Assembly: GCA_026397135.1 (NCBI GenBank) | Contig: JAPLVL010000001.1 | Span: 12,753 to 76,752 of the forward strand | Reading direction: 5' to 3' | DNA length: 64,000 nucleotides | Origin: Candidatus Berkelbacteria bacterium | Lineage (GTDB): Bacteria; Patescibacteriota; UBA1384; XYA2-FULL-43-10; 1-14-0-10-43-13 | Shown here: positions 18,017 through 27,557 of the stretch, in pieces | Numbering within the stretch: the first letter of the stretch is position 1 | Layout: each line of letters opens with the position of its first letter | Position numbers and translations under genes: made by a program | The notes under the pieces: generated by a model | What the model was told of the DNA's origin: nothing | What the model saw: the letters and a program-made list of their open reading frames with translations, nothing else | The model's database searches: none

Positions 18017-18736
18017 ACTCCAAACTCGACAGATTTCAATAAATTCTGCCGCCCGCACACTTGCTCCGCCGACCAATACACCATCGATTTCAGGACGCTC
18101 TGCGTAGCCTGCAATATTGCTCCCCTTGACACTACCACCGTATAATATCGGCGTCGCAGTATGTAGTAATTCCCGCAGTTTTACCGCCACTTTCGCGACA
18201 TATTCCGGCTCAGCATTTTCGCCAGTCCCAATCGCCCAAATTGGTTCATAGGCGACAATGATATCCTTGAAATATTTCTTCGGTACATGATAGAGCGCCG
18301 CAGCCAATTGACGAGTCGGTTCAGCCGCATTATTTTGACGCTTCCTTTCCCCCACGCAAATAATTGGCGTAATTCCATGTTTCAGAGCAGCCAAAACCTT
18401 TTCGTTTACATCTTGGTCTGATTCGTCAAAATATTGTCTCCTCTCAGAGTGACCGACAATGCAAAATTTGGCCATTTCTGCAACCATCGATGGTGCAATC
18501 TCTCCAGTGAATGCACCTTCCTCTTCGTAAGCCATATTCTGAGCGCCGAGCAAAATTTTCTTGTTGTCGCCCAAAATATTCTTGATCTCAGGAAGCCAAA
18601 GAGCCGGCGGACAGAGAACGACTTCTATCCCGATGACAGGCGCCACTTTGTTCCGAATCGTAGTTGCCAAGATGTGCGCATCTGCGATACTGGTTGCATA
18701 CATTTTCCAATTGCCAACGATAATCGAGCGCTTCAT
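17993..18736 (-). CDS. tpiA: Triosephosphate isomerase
   Basis: GNWKM, GHSERR, AYEPIWAIGTG, LYGGSV, LVGGAS. Confidence 0.98.
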   Translation of the reverse strand: MKRSIIVGNWKMYATSIADAHILATTIRNKVAPVIGIEVVLCPPALWLPEIKNILGDNKKILLGAQNMAYEEEGAFTGEIAPSMVAEMAKFCIVGHSERRQYFDESDQDVNEKVLAALKHGITPIICVGERKRQNNAAEPTRQLAAALYHVPKKYFKDIIVAYEPIWAIGTGENAEPEYVAKVAVKLRELLHTATPILYGGSVKGSNIAGYAERPEIDGVLVGGASVRAAEFIEICRVWSNSKNFKS

Positions 18737-18797
18737 ATATCCCTCCAGACCAGTTACAAGCTAAAAGCCAAAAGCTAGAAGCTGATTTATAATATAA

Positions 18798-19823
18798 TCA
18801 TTTTCTCTTGTTTTCATTATACAATTCTATTAGCTCTTTGGCTAGTTTGTTCGAATTGTGAAAAAGAGGATTCACTTCATCAATCACATCTGCCAAAATA
18901 ATCTTGATACCCTCAATCTCAGGTTCAAGAGTCGTAATATTGTTGATCTCGCCAAGCTTAGCTTCATCAGACGAAGTTCGAATAATTTTGCTATTGACCA
19001 AAACATAATCAAATAATTTTCGTCCGCCGTAACTTTTGATCTCTCTAATATGATCATCAATCGTAAAATTTCTTGTCTGGGTTCGCTCTGTCGAACAGTT
19101 GGCAACATAGACCCGCAAAGCTGTTTTGTTTTTCGCGATCGCCTCTCTAATACCATGAATCAAGAGATTGGGCACAAGACTACCGTACAGGCTACCAGGA
19201 CCAAGCACGATCAGGTCAGCAGACAAAATTGCTTCCTCTGCTTTCTTATAAGCCTTAACTTTGGGTTTATTTAGACTTATTCGCTTAATCTTCTTCAGTT
19301 CCTTGTCCAAATGGGATTCCCCCCGACAAATCGTATTGTCAGCATATTCGATCACAAGATCGATATTGGCCAAAGTCGAGGGCAAGACGCGACCAGCTGT
19401 CTGAAAAATTTCACTCGTGACCTCGATCGCTCGTTCGAAAGAACCGAGGTAATCAGTCAATCCAGTAATCCAAATATTGCCGAGAGTGTGGCCACCAAAT
19501 GTTTTCTTCTTTGCATCGAAACGATGTTCAAATATTTTGGCGATCAAGTCTTCATCGTAAGCCAGAGCCGAAATACATTTTCGAATATCCCCTGGAGCAA
19601 CCATATCAAAATCCTGACGAATTTCTCCAGTCGAGCCACCCGCATCAGCCACCGTCACTATCGCCGAAATATCACTCGAGTATGCCTTGAGTCCACGCAA
19701 AAGATTGGCCAGCCCAGTGCCGCCGCCAATGACAGCGATCTTGACTACGCCTCCCGCATTGAACCGTGGATCTGTCGGTGCGTAGCGCAACCATTTCCAC
19801 CAAGTTTTGATAATATTTGACAT
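18798..19823 (-). CDS. yvcK: YvcK/GlmR (UPF0052) family protein
   Basis: IGGGTGL...LRGLK, TVADAGGSTG, GHTLGN, GPGSLYGS. Confidence 0.92.
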   Translation of the reverse strand: MSNIIKTWWKWLRYAPTDPRFNAGGVVKIAVIGGGTGLANLLRGLKAYSSDISAIVTVADAGGSTGEIRQDFDMVAPGDIRKCISALAYDEDLIAKIFEHRFDAKKKTFGGHTLGNIWITGLTDYLGSFERAIEVTSEIFQTAGRVLPSTLANIDLVIEYADNTICRGESHLDKELKKIKRISLNKPKVKAYKKAEEAILSADLIVLGPGSLYGSLVPNLLIHGIREAIAKNKTALRVYVANCSTERTQTRNFTIDDHIREIKSYGGRKLFDYVLVNSKIIRTSSDEAKLGEINNITTLEPEIEGIKIILADVIDEVNPLFHNSNKLAKELIELYNENKRK

Positions 19824-19911
19824 GAATTAAATCTATCATTTGCACTCAAATAGTTCAATCACACAAGAGATAATATTATAAACAAAATAAACAAAAACTC
19901 ACAAATATTCA

Positions 19912-19957
19912 TTGCGTCGTGAAAAATGGGACGATCGTCCCATTTTTCACGACGCAA
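19912..19957. repeat. Perfect 46-bp palindrome
   Basis: TTGCGTCGTGAAAAATGGGACGA|TCGTCCCATTTTTCACGACGCAA, no loop. Confidence 0.95.
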
Positions 19958-20008
19958 CCTTAGAACAATATGAGACTGGAAAATATAACTGTGATTAAAA
20001 GATGGAAA

Positions 20009-21406
20009 TTAATTTTCAATCATCCCCTCGCGATGCAGTTTGCGGTAGAACGAAATTGCAAATCTATGCGCTTCATCCCGAGTCGCAATACAGACATTTT
20101 GAAGAGAGATATTGCCGGCAAAATATTTGGCGACTTCAGAATTGGCAAAATGAAAGTCGTTCTTCTGTCTCTTGGGTCCTTTGGAGATAGAGACAAGCGG
20201 TATTTGTAACTCAAAATCACTCAAAACTTCCTTTGCCACCCGCAATTGCATCTCTCCTCCATCAATTACAATTAAATCTGGTTTTGGCCAATCATTCCGA
20301 AACCTCCGCTCCAGAACCTGCTTCAACCGAAACAGATCATTATTGTCATTTCGACCCGTCTGCACGGCAGGCAGGCTCGACGAAGTCGGTGGAGAAATCT
20401 GGAGTGAAGTGTCATCCTGATCTTGTCGAAGGATCTCATCCTTTGCGGAAAATCTATCAACCCCAGGAACATCGCTCGAGATGACAGAATTATTAATTTT
20501 GAACTTTCTGTACTCATCAGAGGCTTTTCTTCCGTCAACAAATACGACCATTGAGCCAACAACATATTCATCCCCAATATTAGCAATGTCGTAGCACTCA
20601 ATCCGTTTGAATAATATTTTATTACTATCAAAAACGTCATCGCGAAGTCCGATCACTACTTCAGAGATATGTTGCAGGGCATACAATTTATTACGAACAA
20701 TGGCCGCTTCTTCAAATTTCTCTTTTTTTGAAAAACGTGTCATTTCCTTCTCGAGATCGCGAATTATCTCCTGCTTTTTACCACGCAAGAACGCTTTCAA
20801 ATATTTAATATTTTTATTGTAATTTTCCGCACTAATACTACCAACACAAGGTGCCGTACAAATTTTTATATCTCCATAAATGCACGATCGACCCTTTTTG
20901 GCGGCTGAACTATATTTCGTCTTTGTACAATCACGAAAAGGAAAAATTTTGCGAAGATATCGTATCGATTTCTTAAGCAACAATCCTGCAGGGTAAGGTC
21001 CGAAATAGTCAGCCGACTTGTCCGAAAAATCAACATTCTTAACCCGAACCAGCTCAAGGACGGGAAATGCTGTTTTTGTAATTTTCTTGGCTATCTTAAT
21101 AACCAAGAAGGATTTATCGTCCTTTAGTCTCACGTTGTACTTCGGCTTCAATTTGTTGATCAGCTCAGCCTCAAGCAAAACCGCTTCAATCTCTGACCCA
21201 GTTTCGATATATTTAATATCAAAAGCCTTTTCTACCATTTGCTCAATCGCTGGTCCACGGCCCAACTCTTTCAGGAAATATTGCTTCAGGCGATTCTGCA
21301 AGTTTTTCGCTTTACCCACATACAAAATCCCTCCCTTTTCATCAAGGAAGCGATAAACACCCGGCTTTTTGGGCAAATCTTTAATTTTGTCTTTTGAATT
21401 TATCAT
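20009..21406 (-). CDS. uvrC: UvrC-family excinuclease (GIY-YIG, UVR and RNase H-like domains; no C-terminal HhH) with in-frame repeat insertion
   Basis: PGVYRF...LYVGKAKNL, KPKYN, YFGPY, FEEAAIVRN, IECYDI, PDLIVIDGG, RDEAHRFA. Confidence 0.9.
   Translation of the reverse strand: MINSKDKIKDLPKKPGVYRFLDEKGGILYVGKAKNLQNRLKQYFLKELGRGPAIEQMVEKAFDIKYIETGSEIEAVLLEAELINKLKPKYNVRLKDDKSFLVIKIAKKITKTAFPVLELVRVKNVDFSDKSADYFGPYPAGLLLKKSIRYLRKIFPFRDCTKTKYSSAAKKGRSCIYGDIKICTAPCVGSISAENYNKNIKYLKAFLRGKKQEIIRDLEKEMTRFSKKEKFEEAAIVRNKLYALQHISEVVIGLRDDVFDSNKILFKRIECYDIANIGDEYVVGSMVVFVDGRKASDEYRKFKINNSVISSDVPGVDRFSAKDEILRQDQDDTSLQISPPTSSSLPAVQTGRNDNNDLFRLKQVLERRFRNDWPKPDLIVIDGGEMQLRVAKEVLSDFELQIPLVSISKGPKRQKNDFHFANSEVAKYFAGNISLQNVCIATRDEAHRFAISFYRKLHREGMIEN
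20344..20486. repeat. Composite GTCAT/ATGAC palindromic repeat in frame inside uvrC
   Basis: TGTCATTTCGAC...GTGGAGAAATCT, GTCATCCTGA...GAAGGATCT and AATCTATC...CTCGAGATGACA; encodes SVISSDVPG...ILRQDQDD...LPAVQTGRND. Confidence 0.8.
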
Positions 21407-21411
21407 TATCA

Positions 21412-21448
21412 AATATTTCTCCACCCTCCTTGAGGAGTCGAAATGACA
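21412..21448. repeat. Half GTCAT-type repeat just upstream of uvrC
   Basis: Minus strand TGTCATTTCGACTCCTCAAGGAGGGTGGAGAAATAT; same ends as 20344-20400. Confidence 0.7.
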
Positions 21449-21546
21449 ACAAAAGGAAGTTTGCGAATTTCCGCTCATTATATGAGTTTTCATCAAAATA
21501 TTCAAGCTATAGGCACGGAAACAGAAATTGCTTGAACAATATAGAG

Positions 21547-22455
21547 CTAGTTTACAAGTCCGCGCAAAAGCTCTGCTTGGTCAGTTGTTACGACACTACC
21601 ATCAGAATTTCGATAGCTTACAGCGACTCGATCGTGTTCCGTCCCAAGAGATTTCTTGGCGATCTTCTCGAGCTCCCCGGCATTATTTATTTTCTCTTGG
21701 AGATAGCTTGCAAACTTTTCCGGCTCGTTGATCGGATCCGGATGAGTCGGAGAGCACGGCTCCACTCCAACAACGTAGGTGATTGGGACTTCCTCAGTCT
21801 CACCTGCAATATTTACCCCTGTAATTGGTGCATCCAAAAGAATTTTGTATATTCTCCTCGCGATAATCTGACCGGCCAACGCCGGATTTGCCTTCGGCAA
21901 GAAGATCACAAATTCATCACCATTATTTGAACGCCTAGCCGGAATATCATAGACCCGAAGCTCCTTTGAAAGCATTGCGAAGCGTTCAATAATCCGGTCA
22001 GTTTCATCGTAGCCAAATTGATCGTTCAAACCTTTCATTCCGTTTAGATCAATAAACACAAAGCATCCGTTCATAGTTGAGCGAAGTTTGTTCTCTGTCT
22101 TTTGATATTCGCCAGAAGCAAAATATTTTTTGATTTCTTCGGTAAACCCAAGCATATTTAGAAGCTCGGTCTTCGGCTCGTGGGTCAGTTGGTAATGCAG
22201 AAATTCATTTTCTTTAACCAAACTAAGCACATTTAAATGAAGTTTTTCGGCCGTTTCCCTAATCTTATACACAAACTTTGTAATTTTTTCAGGTGGCAAA
22301 TTAAGCTCGGCCGCAAAGGAAATAAGCTCCTGCAAATTTTGATACACGAAATCAGCTCTATTTTCAGAGTTTGACTCCGGCTTTGTTTCTACCGGTTTTT
22401 CACCCACCAATGTTTCAGGCTTGATGCCAGTATCAACTGGCTCTCCTTGCTGCAC
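21547..22455 (-). CDS. GGDEF-domain protein with variant active site (NGDEF)
   Basis: HEPKTELLN, FVFIDLNGMKGLNDQFGYDETD, RSNNGDEFVIFLP; GTG start after GGAGG. Confidence 0.8.
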   Translation of the reverse strand: MQQGEPVDTGIKPETLVGEKPVETKPESNSENRADFVYQNLQELISFAAELNLPPEKITKFVYKIRETAEKLHLNVLSLVKENEFLHYQLTHEPKTELLNMLGFTEEIKKYFASGEYQKTENKLRSTMNGCFVFIDLNGMKGLNDQFGYDETDRIIERFAMLSKELRVYDIPARRSNNGDEFVIFLPKANPALAGQIIARRIYKILLDAPITGVNIAGETEEVPITYVVGVEPCSPTHPDPINEPEKFASYLQEKINNAGELEKIAKKSLGTEHDRVAVSYRNSDGSVVTTDQAELLRGLVN

Positions 22456-22471
22456 CGCCCCTCCAATCTCA

Positions 22472-23557
22472 CTATTTCACGATCAAATGAATAATATCTT
22501 TGTAAGTAATCGCCAAAATCAACAATATAAGTATAGCAAATCCAACCAAATGAACAATGTTTTCAACATTTTCTTTCAGTACCCGTTTCTTGGTAATTTT
22601 TTCGATAATCGTAAGGAGAGCACGACTTCCATCAAGGGAAGGGAAGGGCAGAGAATTAACTAGACCCAGATTGATCGACAAAATTGCGATAAACTGTAAG
22701 AAAGCAATAATTCCCGCTCGAGCTGCTACTCCGCTAAGATTGAAAATTGCGACTGGACCGCCAACTTGATCCGAAACATGACCAGTAGAGAAAAGCTCCT
22801 TGACGAAACTACCCAGAAAATCAAAGGTAATTTTCAGAATCTCGTAGGACTCACGCAAACTAACAATCGGTGCCTTGTACCAAGGGACTCGAACGATTGA
22901 CTGATTCGTAATCGACACCCCGAGTGGAGCGCTCTTATCCTCTGAAATAGTAACTGTTTTCTCTAGCGTTTGATTGTCCCGTTTTAATTCAATAATTATT
23001 GAATTACCCAAATGTGCAGTTGTAAAATTGCTAACATCGGCCAGCGACTTCGGCCGAACAGCCTGATCCTGATATTTAAGCTCAATAATTTGATCACCGG
23101 CTTCGAGCCCACCCTTAGCAGCAGGAGAATCAGCCAATGTTTCCACTATGAATACTTGTGCCTTAACCACTTTTCCCGGAATCATCTCCGACGGGGTCGC
23201 AATCGGTGTCATGCCGACAGTGAAGCCAATTGTGATCAAAATCCAAGCCAACAGAAAATTCATCACTACACCGGCAATCGAGATGAAAAAACGACGGAGA
23301 GGAGATTGATTGTTGTAAGCTCTGGGATCTTTCGACTCTTCTTCTTCACCCAACATTTGGACATACCCACCAAAAAGCAAAAGGCCAATTGAATATTTGG
23401 TTTCTTTTCTCTTGAAGGTATAGATTCTGGGTGGAAATCCAATCGAAAATTCCAGCACTTTGACCCCTGCAGTTTTGGCTGCCAGAAAGTGACCCAACTC
23501 ATGAACAAGCACCAGGAGACCGAGACAAACAATAAAGGCAACAATTGTTAGTAACAT
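22472..23557 (-). CDS. rseP: RIP metalloprotease RseP (M50, one PDZ domain)
   Basis: HELGH, FSIGFPP, GGYV, AGVVMN, NSLPFPSLDG. Confidence 0.93.
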   Translation of the reverse strand: MLLTIVAFIVCLGLLVLVHELGHFLAAKTAGVKVLEFSIGFPPRIYTFKRKETKYSIGLLLFGGYVQMLGEEEESKDPRAYNNQSPLRRFFISIAGVVMNFLLAWILITIGFTVGMTPIATPSEMIPGKVVKAQVFIVETLADSPAAKGGLEAGDQIIELKYQDQAVRPKSLADVSNFTTAHLGNSIIIELKRDNQTLEKTVTISEDKSAPLGVSITNQSIVRVPWYKAPIVSLRESYEILKITFDFLGSFVKELFSTGHVSDQVGGPVAIFNLSGVAARAGIIAFLQFIAILSINLGLVNSLPFPSLDGSRALLTIIEKITKKRVLKENVENIVHLVGFAILILLILAITYKDIIHLIVK

Positions 23558-23597
23558 TTGTATTTTTTCCAATAATTAGAGAGACCCATGACCACAC

Positions 23598-23653
23598 ATT
23601 CTTAATTCTTACTGCTTAATTCTGAATTCTTAATCCTGACTCCTGACTCCTGA
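23598..23653. repeat. Heptamer array after the frr stop
   Basis: ATTCTTA ATTCTTA CTGCTTA ATTCTGA ATTCTTA ATCCTGA CTCCTGA CTCCTGA. Confidence 0.85.
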
Positions 23654-23658
23654 AATAA

Positions 23659-24216
23659 TTAAATCTTCATCACATCTTGTTCTTTTTCGGCAATCAAAAG
23701 GTCAACTTCACTATTAAATTCAGTGACCTGCTTGTTTAGTTCTTCTTCAGCCCAACGACGATCATCTTCAGTTGCCTGACCAGCCTTTTCGGCCGCCTGA
23801 ACTTTGTCCCAAGCTTCTCTGCGAACATTCCGAAGCGAAACTTTTGTCTCTTCGCCCAACTTCTTGACTGTTGTAGCGATTTCTCTACGCCTCTCCTCTG
23901 TCATCGGTGGCAAAATCAGTCGAATCTGCTGACCATCATTTATAGGAGAGATGCCCAAATTTGAATTTCTGATCGCAGTCTCAATATCATTTAGTGAGCT
24001 TCTGTCCCATGGCTTGACCACAATTTGATTCGGCTCCGGCACGGTTATCGACGCTAGTTCCTTGATGCTTGTCTTGGCACCATAATAAATCGCCGTTACC
24101 CCATCAAGAATACTTGGATTTGCTCGTCCGGTCCTAATTCGGCTCAATTCGAGTTTGAAGTTTTCAATCGCCGCTTTCATCTTTGGCTTAATCTCTTTCA
24201 GAATCGTGTCAATCAT
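23659..24216 (-). CDS. frr: Ribosome recycling factor
   Basis: IRTGRANP, PPMTEERRRE, VSLRNVRR. Confidence 0.97.
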   Translation of the reverse strand: MIDTILKEIKPKMKAAIENFKLELSRIRTGRANPSILDGVTAIYYGAKTSIKELASITVPEPNQIVVKPWDRSSLNDIETAIRNSNLGISPINDGQQIRLILPPMTEERRREIATTVKKLGEETKVSLRNVRREAWDKVQAAEKAGQATEDDRRWAEEELNKQVTEFNSEVDLLIAEKEQDVMKI

Positions 24217-24324
24217 ATTTTCCTTCCCCAAAACTAGCCTTAGATTTGTAAGGTTTGTCTTGGTTTTAGTTATTAAAGATTCAGAGAGAGCAAATTAAAT
24301 TCTCTCTCACGAAAATTATAGCAG

Positions 24325-24921
24325 TTAGGCACCAATTTGGAAACGGCAGAATCTGCTGATAATAATTTTTTCACCAATTTTGGTAGTGAGATCATTTAGA
24401 AGATCTTCAATCTTCTTGTCCTGATCCTTTACAAAAGGCTGGTAAAGCAGACAATTTTCTTCATAAAATTTGTTCAATCTGCCCTCTACAATTTTTTCTG
24501 CAATTTCAGCTGATTTTCCAGAAGCTTTGACTTCTTCGAGCAAGAATGTCTTTTCCTTTTCAACTTCTGAGGCAGGGACATCTTCTTTGCTAATATATTT
24601 GGGAGCCATAGCAGCAACATGGAGTGCTACATCATGAGCAAATTGTTTGAATTCATCATTTTTGGCAACAAAATCAGTTTCGGCCAAAACTTCGACCATC
24701 ACTCCAATTTTACCATTTGAATGAATATATGATTCAATCAAACCGGCTTTTGTTTCTCTCTCTGCTCTCTTGGCAGCCTTGGTAGCACCGCGTTTTCTCA
24801 TTATTTCAATCGCATTCTCTTCGTTTCCACCAGCTTCTTCGAGCGCCTTCTTGCACTCCATCATACCGATGCCGGTTTTGGCACGCAGTGCAGCGATTTC
24901 TTTGGCTGTAATAGTCATCAT
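24325..24921 (-). CDS. tsf: Elongation factor Ts (short form)
   Basis: LRAKTGIGMMECKKAL, ETDFVAKN, CLLYQPFVKD. Confidence 0.97.
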   Translation of the reverse strand: MMTITAKEIAALRAKTGIGMMECKKALEEAGGNEENAIEIMRKRGATKAAKRAERETKAGLIESYIHSNGKIGVMVEVLAETDFVAKNDEFKQFAHDVALHVAAMAPKYISKEDVPASEVEKEKTFLLEEVKASGKSAEIAEKIVEGRLNKFYEENCLLYQPFVKDQDKKIEDLLNDLTTKIGEKIIISRFCRFQIGA

Positions 24922-25012
24922 GCTCCTTTGTTATTGATGAACGGCCAACATCCTGTAGAGATAATATTATCCTTGAACACAGTTGCTGGCTAGTTCTTCG
25001 TCCATTTGTAGT

Positions 25013-25723
25013 TTATTTTTCGACTTTTGCACTTTTTTCTCTAGCTTCTTTGATCACATCTGCGAACAAATTAGCAAAGAGAGTAACCGATTTGGTAGCA
25101 TCATCATTGGCTGGGATTGGATATTCAACTACAGTCGGATTGGTATTTGTGTCGACGAGAGCGACAACTGGAATTCCGGCAACTTTTGCTTCCGCCAGCG
25201 CATTTTTCTCATCATGAGAACCAAAAAGAACCAAAACATCAGGCTTTCTGTCCAAATTAACCAAGCCACCCAAGAATTTCTCGCCTCGAGCAACTTCTTT
25301 TCTAACCTTGGAAAGTTCGGCTTTGGTTAGAGCGCTTTTGCCTGCAGCCGACAACTCAAGCTCTTCAAGCTGTTGTTTGTATTTCTTGACGGCACCTCTA
25401 ATCGCATCAAAATTTGTAATAGTACCACCAAGCCAACGAATGTTTACATATGAAACACCAGCAGCAGTCGCAGCTTCTTTGACGATCGCCCCAGATTGCT
25501 TCTTCGTTCCAACAAAAACAAAACTTTTGCCCGCAGCTGCTTCATTTCGAATGAAATTAAGTGCACTGTCCAGCAATGAAGCTGTCATCTCAAGATTGAT
25601 TACATGCACTCCCGACTTCGACGTGAAGATATAAGGAGCCATTTTTGGATGCCATCTCGAGGTCTTGTGACCAAAATGAACACAAACATCAAGCATTCCA
25701 CGGAATGTAGGAGCTTTTACCAT
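25013..25723 (-). CDS. rpsB: 30S ribosomal protein S2
   Basis: VHFGHKTSRWHPKM, FVGTKKQ, RWLGGTITNF, PANDDA. Confidence 0.98.
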   Translation of the reverse strand: MVKAPTFRGMLDVCVHFGHKTSRWHPKMAPYIFTSKSGVHVINLEMTASLLDSALNFIRNEAAAGKSFVFVGTKKQSGAIVKEAATAAGVSYVNIRWLGGTITNFDAIRGAVKKYKQQLEELELSAAGKSALTKAELSKVRKEVARGEKFLGGLVNLDRKPDVLVLFGSHDEKNALAEAKVAGIPVVALVDTNTNPTVVEYPIPANDDATKSVTLFANLFADVIKEAREKSAKVEK

Positions 25724-25811
25724 TTTATTCCTTCATTATTATTTATGAAATTAAACCCAAAAAAGTCTGGCAGGACCAAACATCACAAAAAAGATCTGGA
25801 TGCTTGATTTC

Positions 25812-25884
25812 TTTTTAATCTCGGCCGCTCAACGTGACTCCGACAGAATAGTCGGAGAGAAACCTTAATAGATGAGCGTGAATA
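25812..25884 (-). promoter_or_regulatory. Putative S2 autoregulatory leader RNA
   Basis: Minus strand CACGCTCA...CTCCGACT/TCGGAG inner hairpin...TGAGCG closing stem, 5' of rpsB where S2 leaders occur. Confidence 0.55.
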
Positions 25885-25923
25885 TTTCCCCTTGAATGTT
25901 ACTTCTAGGATACTAACACATTC

Positions 25924-25952
25924 TTGACTTGAATTCAAGAGTGTGCTAGAAT
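25924..25952 (+). promoter_or_regulatory. Sigma70 promoter for rpmE, back-to-back with a likely rpsB promoter
   Basis: TTGACT-N17-TAGAAT with extended TG. The overlapping palindrome CTTGAATTCAAG gives TTGAAT-N17-TAGTAT on the minus strand. Confidence 0.6.
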
Positions 25953-26008
25953 CTATGAGCAAAAGTCAATAAATGAGCTAGTCATTTATTTGTTAATCTA
26001 CAAAACCA

Positions 26009-26347
26009 ATGAAAAAAGAAATTCACCCAACTTATCATTCAAATCTGACAGCTGTCTGCGCCTGTGGCGCTAAGTTTTTGACCGGCTCAACCCGCGACGA
26101 AATTAAGGTTGAAATTTGTTCTGCCTGCCACCCCTTCTTTACTGGCAAGCAAAAGCTTCTCGATACTGCCGGACGCGTTGATAAATTCAAAGCCCGAGTT
26201 GAAGCAGCCAAGAAAATCCAAGAAGCTACTGCCAAAAAAGTTGCTGCAAAAGTTGTCAAAGTCAAGGATACTGCTCCGATGACTTCACCGAAGGCGGATC
26301 TCGAAGTTCCAACCAGAAGCGTCGAAAAGAAAACCGAAGAGAAATAG
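26009..26347 (+). CDS. rpmE: 50S ribosomal protein L31 (Zn-binding type) with Lys/Ala-rich C-terminal tail
   Basis: [31 protein letters not shown]. Confidence 0.97.
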   Translation: MKKEIHPTYHSNLTAVCACGAKFLTGSTRDEIKVEICSACHPFFTGKQKLLDTAGRVDKFKARVEAAKKIQEATAKKVAAKVVKVKDTAPMTSPKADLEVPTRSVEKKTEEK

Positions 26348-26361
26348 CTACGTTCTATATA

Positions 26362-26408
26362 CAAAATCGGCTCAAAACAAGCTATAATCTTGTTGCGGCC
26401 GATTTTTG
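26362..26408 (+). terminator. Hairpin/terminator after rpmE
   Basis: AAAATCGGC...GCCGATTTTTG. Confidence 0.5.
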
Positions 26409-26489
26409 TTTAACCGCAAACTGCAAAAAGTAAAAGCTAATCCTTTCTATTTGTAAATTTGTATTTATTTGTAATTAGTGATTTTTATT

Positions 26490-27557
26490 ATGAACAACGA
26501 AAAACTACAATCTATTCTCGATCATTACAACACTCTTGGCAAAAGCCTCGAAGACCCAGCAACGATGCAAAATCAAGCAGAATTTACCAAAATTGCCCGC
26601 GAGAAAGCCAGCCTTTCTGATCTTGCAAACTTAATTAGGCGTTATTTTGGTATTCTCGAAAACCTCAAAGAAAGCAATGAACTTCTCGAATCAGACGATG
26701 AAGAGCTGAAAGAAATGGCCAAAGAGGAAATCTCCAGTTTAAACCAAGAAAAAGAAGCTTTGACAAAAAATTTAGAAATTGCTCTCCTGCCAACTGACCC
26801 CAATGATGACAAAAATGTTATCATCGAAATCAGACCAGGCGCCGGTGGTGACGAATCGGAACTTTTCGCCGCTGAAATTTTTCGTATGTACACTAGATAT
26901 GCAGAGCGCTTAGGTTGGCACACCAATATTTTAACCTCTCAAACAACGGGGATCGGTGGAATCAAAGAAATTTCATTTGAAATCAGCGGCGACAAAGTAT
27001 ATTCAAAGATGAAATATGAGTCAGGTGTTCATCGCGTTCAGCGTGTGCCGGAGACAGAAAAACAGGGTCGGGTTCATACTTCAACCGTCACTGTTGCAGT
27101 ACTTCCTGAGGCAGAAGAGGCTGACATTGAAATCAAAAATGAAGATCTTCGAATCGACACATATTGTGCCGGCGGACATGGCGGCCAATCGGTCAATACA
27201 ACATACTCAGCCGTCAGAATCACCCATATTCCCACAGGTACAGTTGTGGTTTGCCAAGACGAACGAAGCCAGTTGAAGAACAGAGACAAGGCGATGAGTA
27301 TTTTGCGCTCTAGAATCATGGCCGATCGCGAAGAAAAAGCTGCTCGCGAACGCGGCGATATCCGCAGATCCCAGGTCGGAACAGGGGACAGATCTGAAAA
27401 AATCAGAACTTATAACTTCCCACAGGATCGCGTCACCGATCATCGAATCAATCAATCTTGGCATTCACTCCCAAACATTATGGATGGCGAGATCGAGCCT
27501 ATTATTTCCTCGCTAATGAACGAAGATCAGGCACGAAAACTGGCCGCCAGTGAGTGA
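26490..27557 (+). CDS. prfA: Peptide chain release factor 1
   Basis: [18 protein letters not shown] (PxT), [18 protein letters not shown]. Confidence 0.98.
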   Translation: MNNEKLQSILDHYNTLGKSLEDPATMQNQAEFTKIAREKASLSDLANLIRRYFGILENLKESNELLESDDEELKEMAKEEISSLNQEKEALTKNLEIALLPTDPNDDKNVIIEIRPGAGGDESELFAAEIFRMYTRYAERLGWHTNILTSQTTGIGGIKEISFEISGDKVYSKMKYESGVHRVQRVPETEKQGRVHTSTVTVAVLPEAEEADIEIKNEDLRIDTYCAGGHGGQSVNTTYSAVRITHIPTGTVVVCQDERSQLKNRDKAMSILRSRIMADREEKAARERGDIRRSQVGTGDRSEKIRTYNFPQDRVTDHRINQSWHSLPNIMDGEIEPIISSLMNEDQARKLAASE

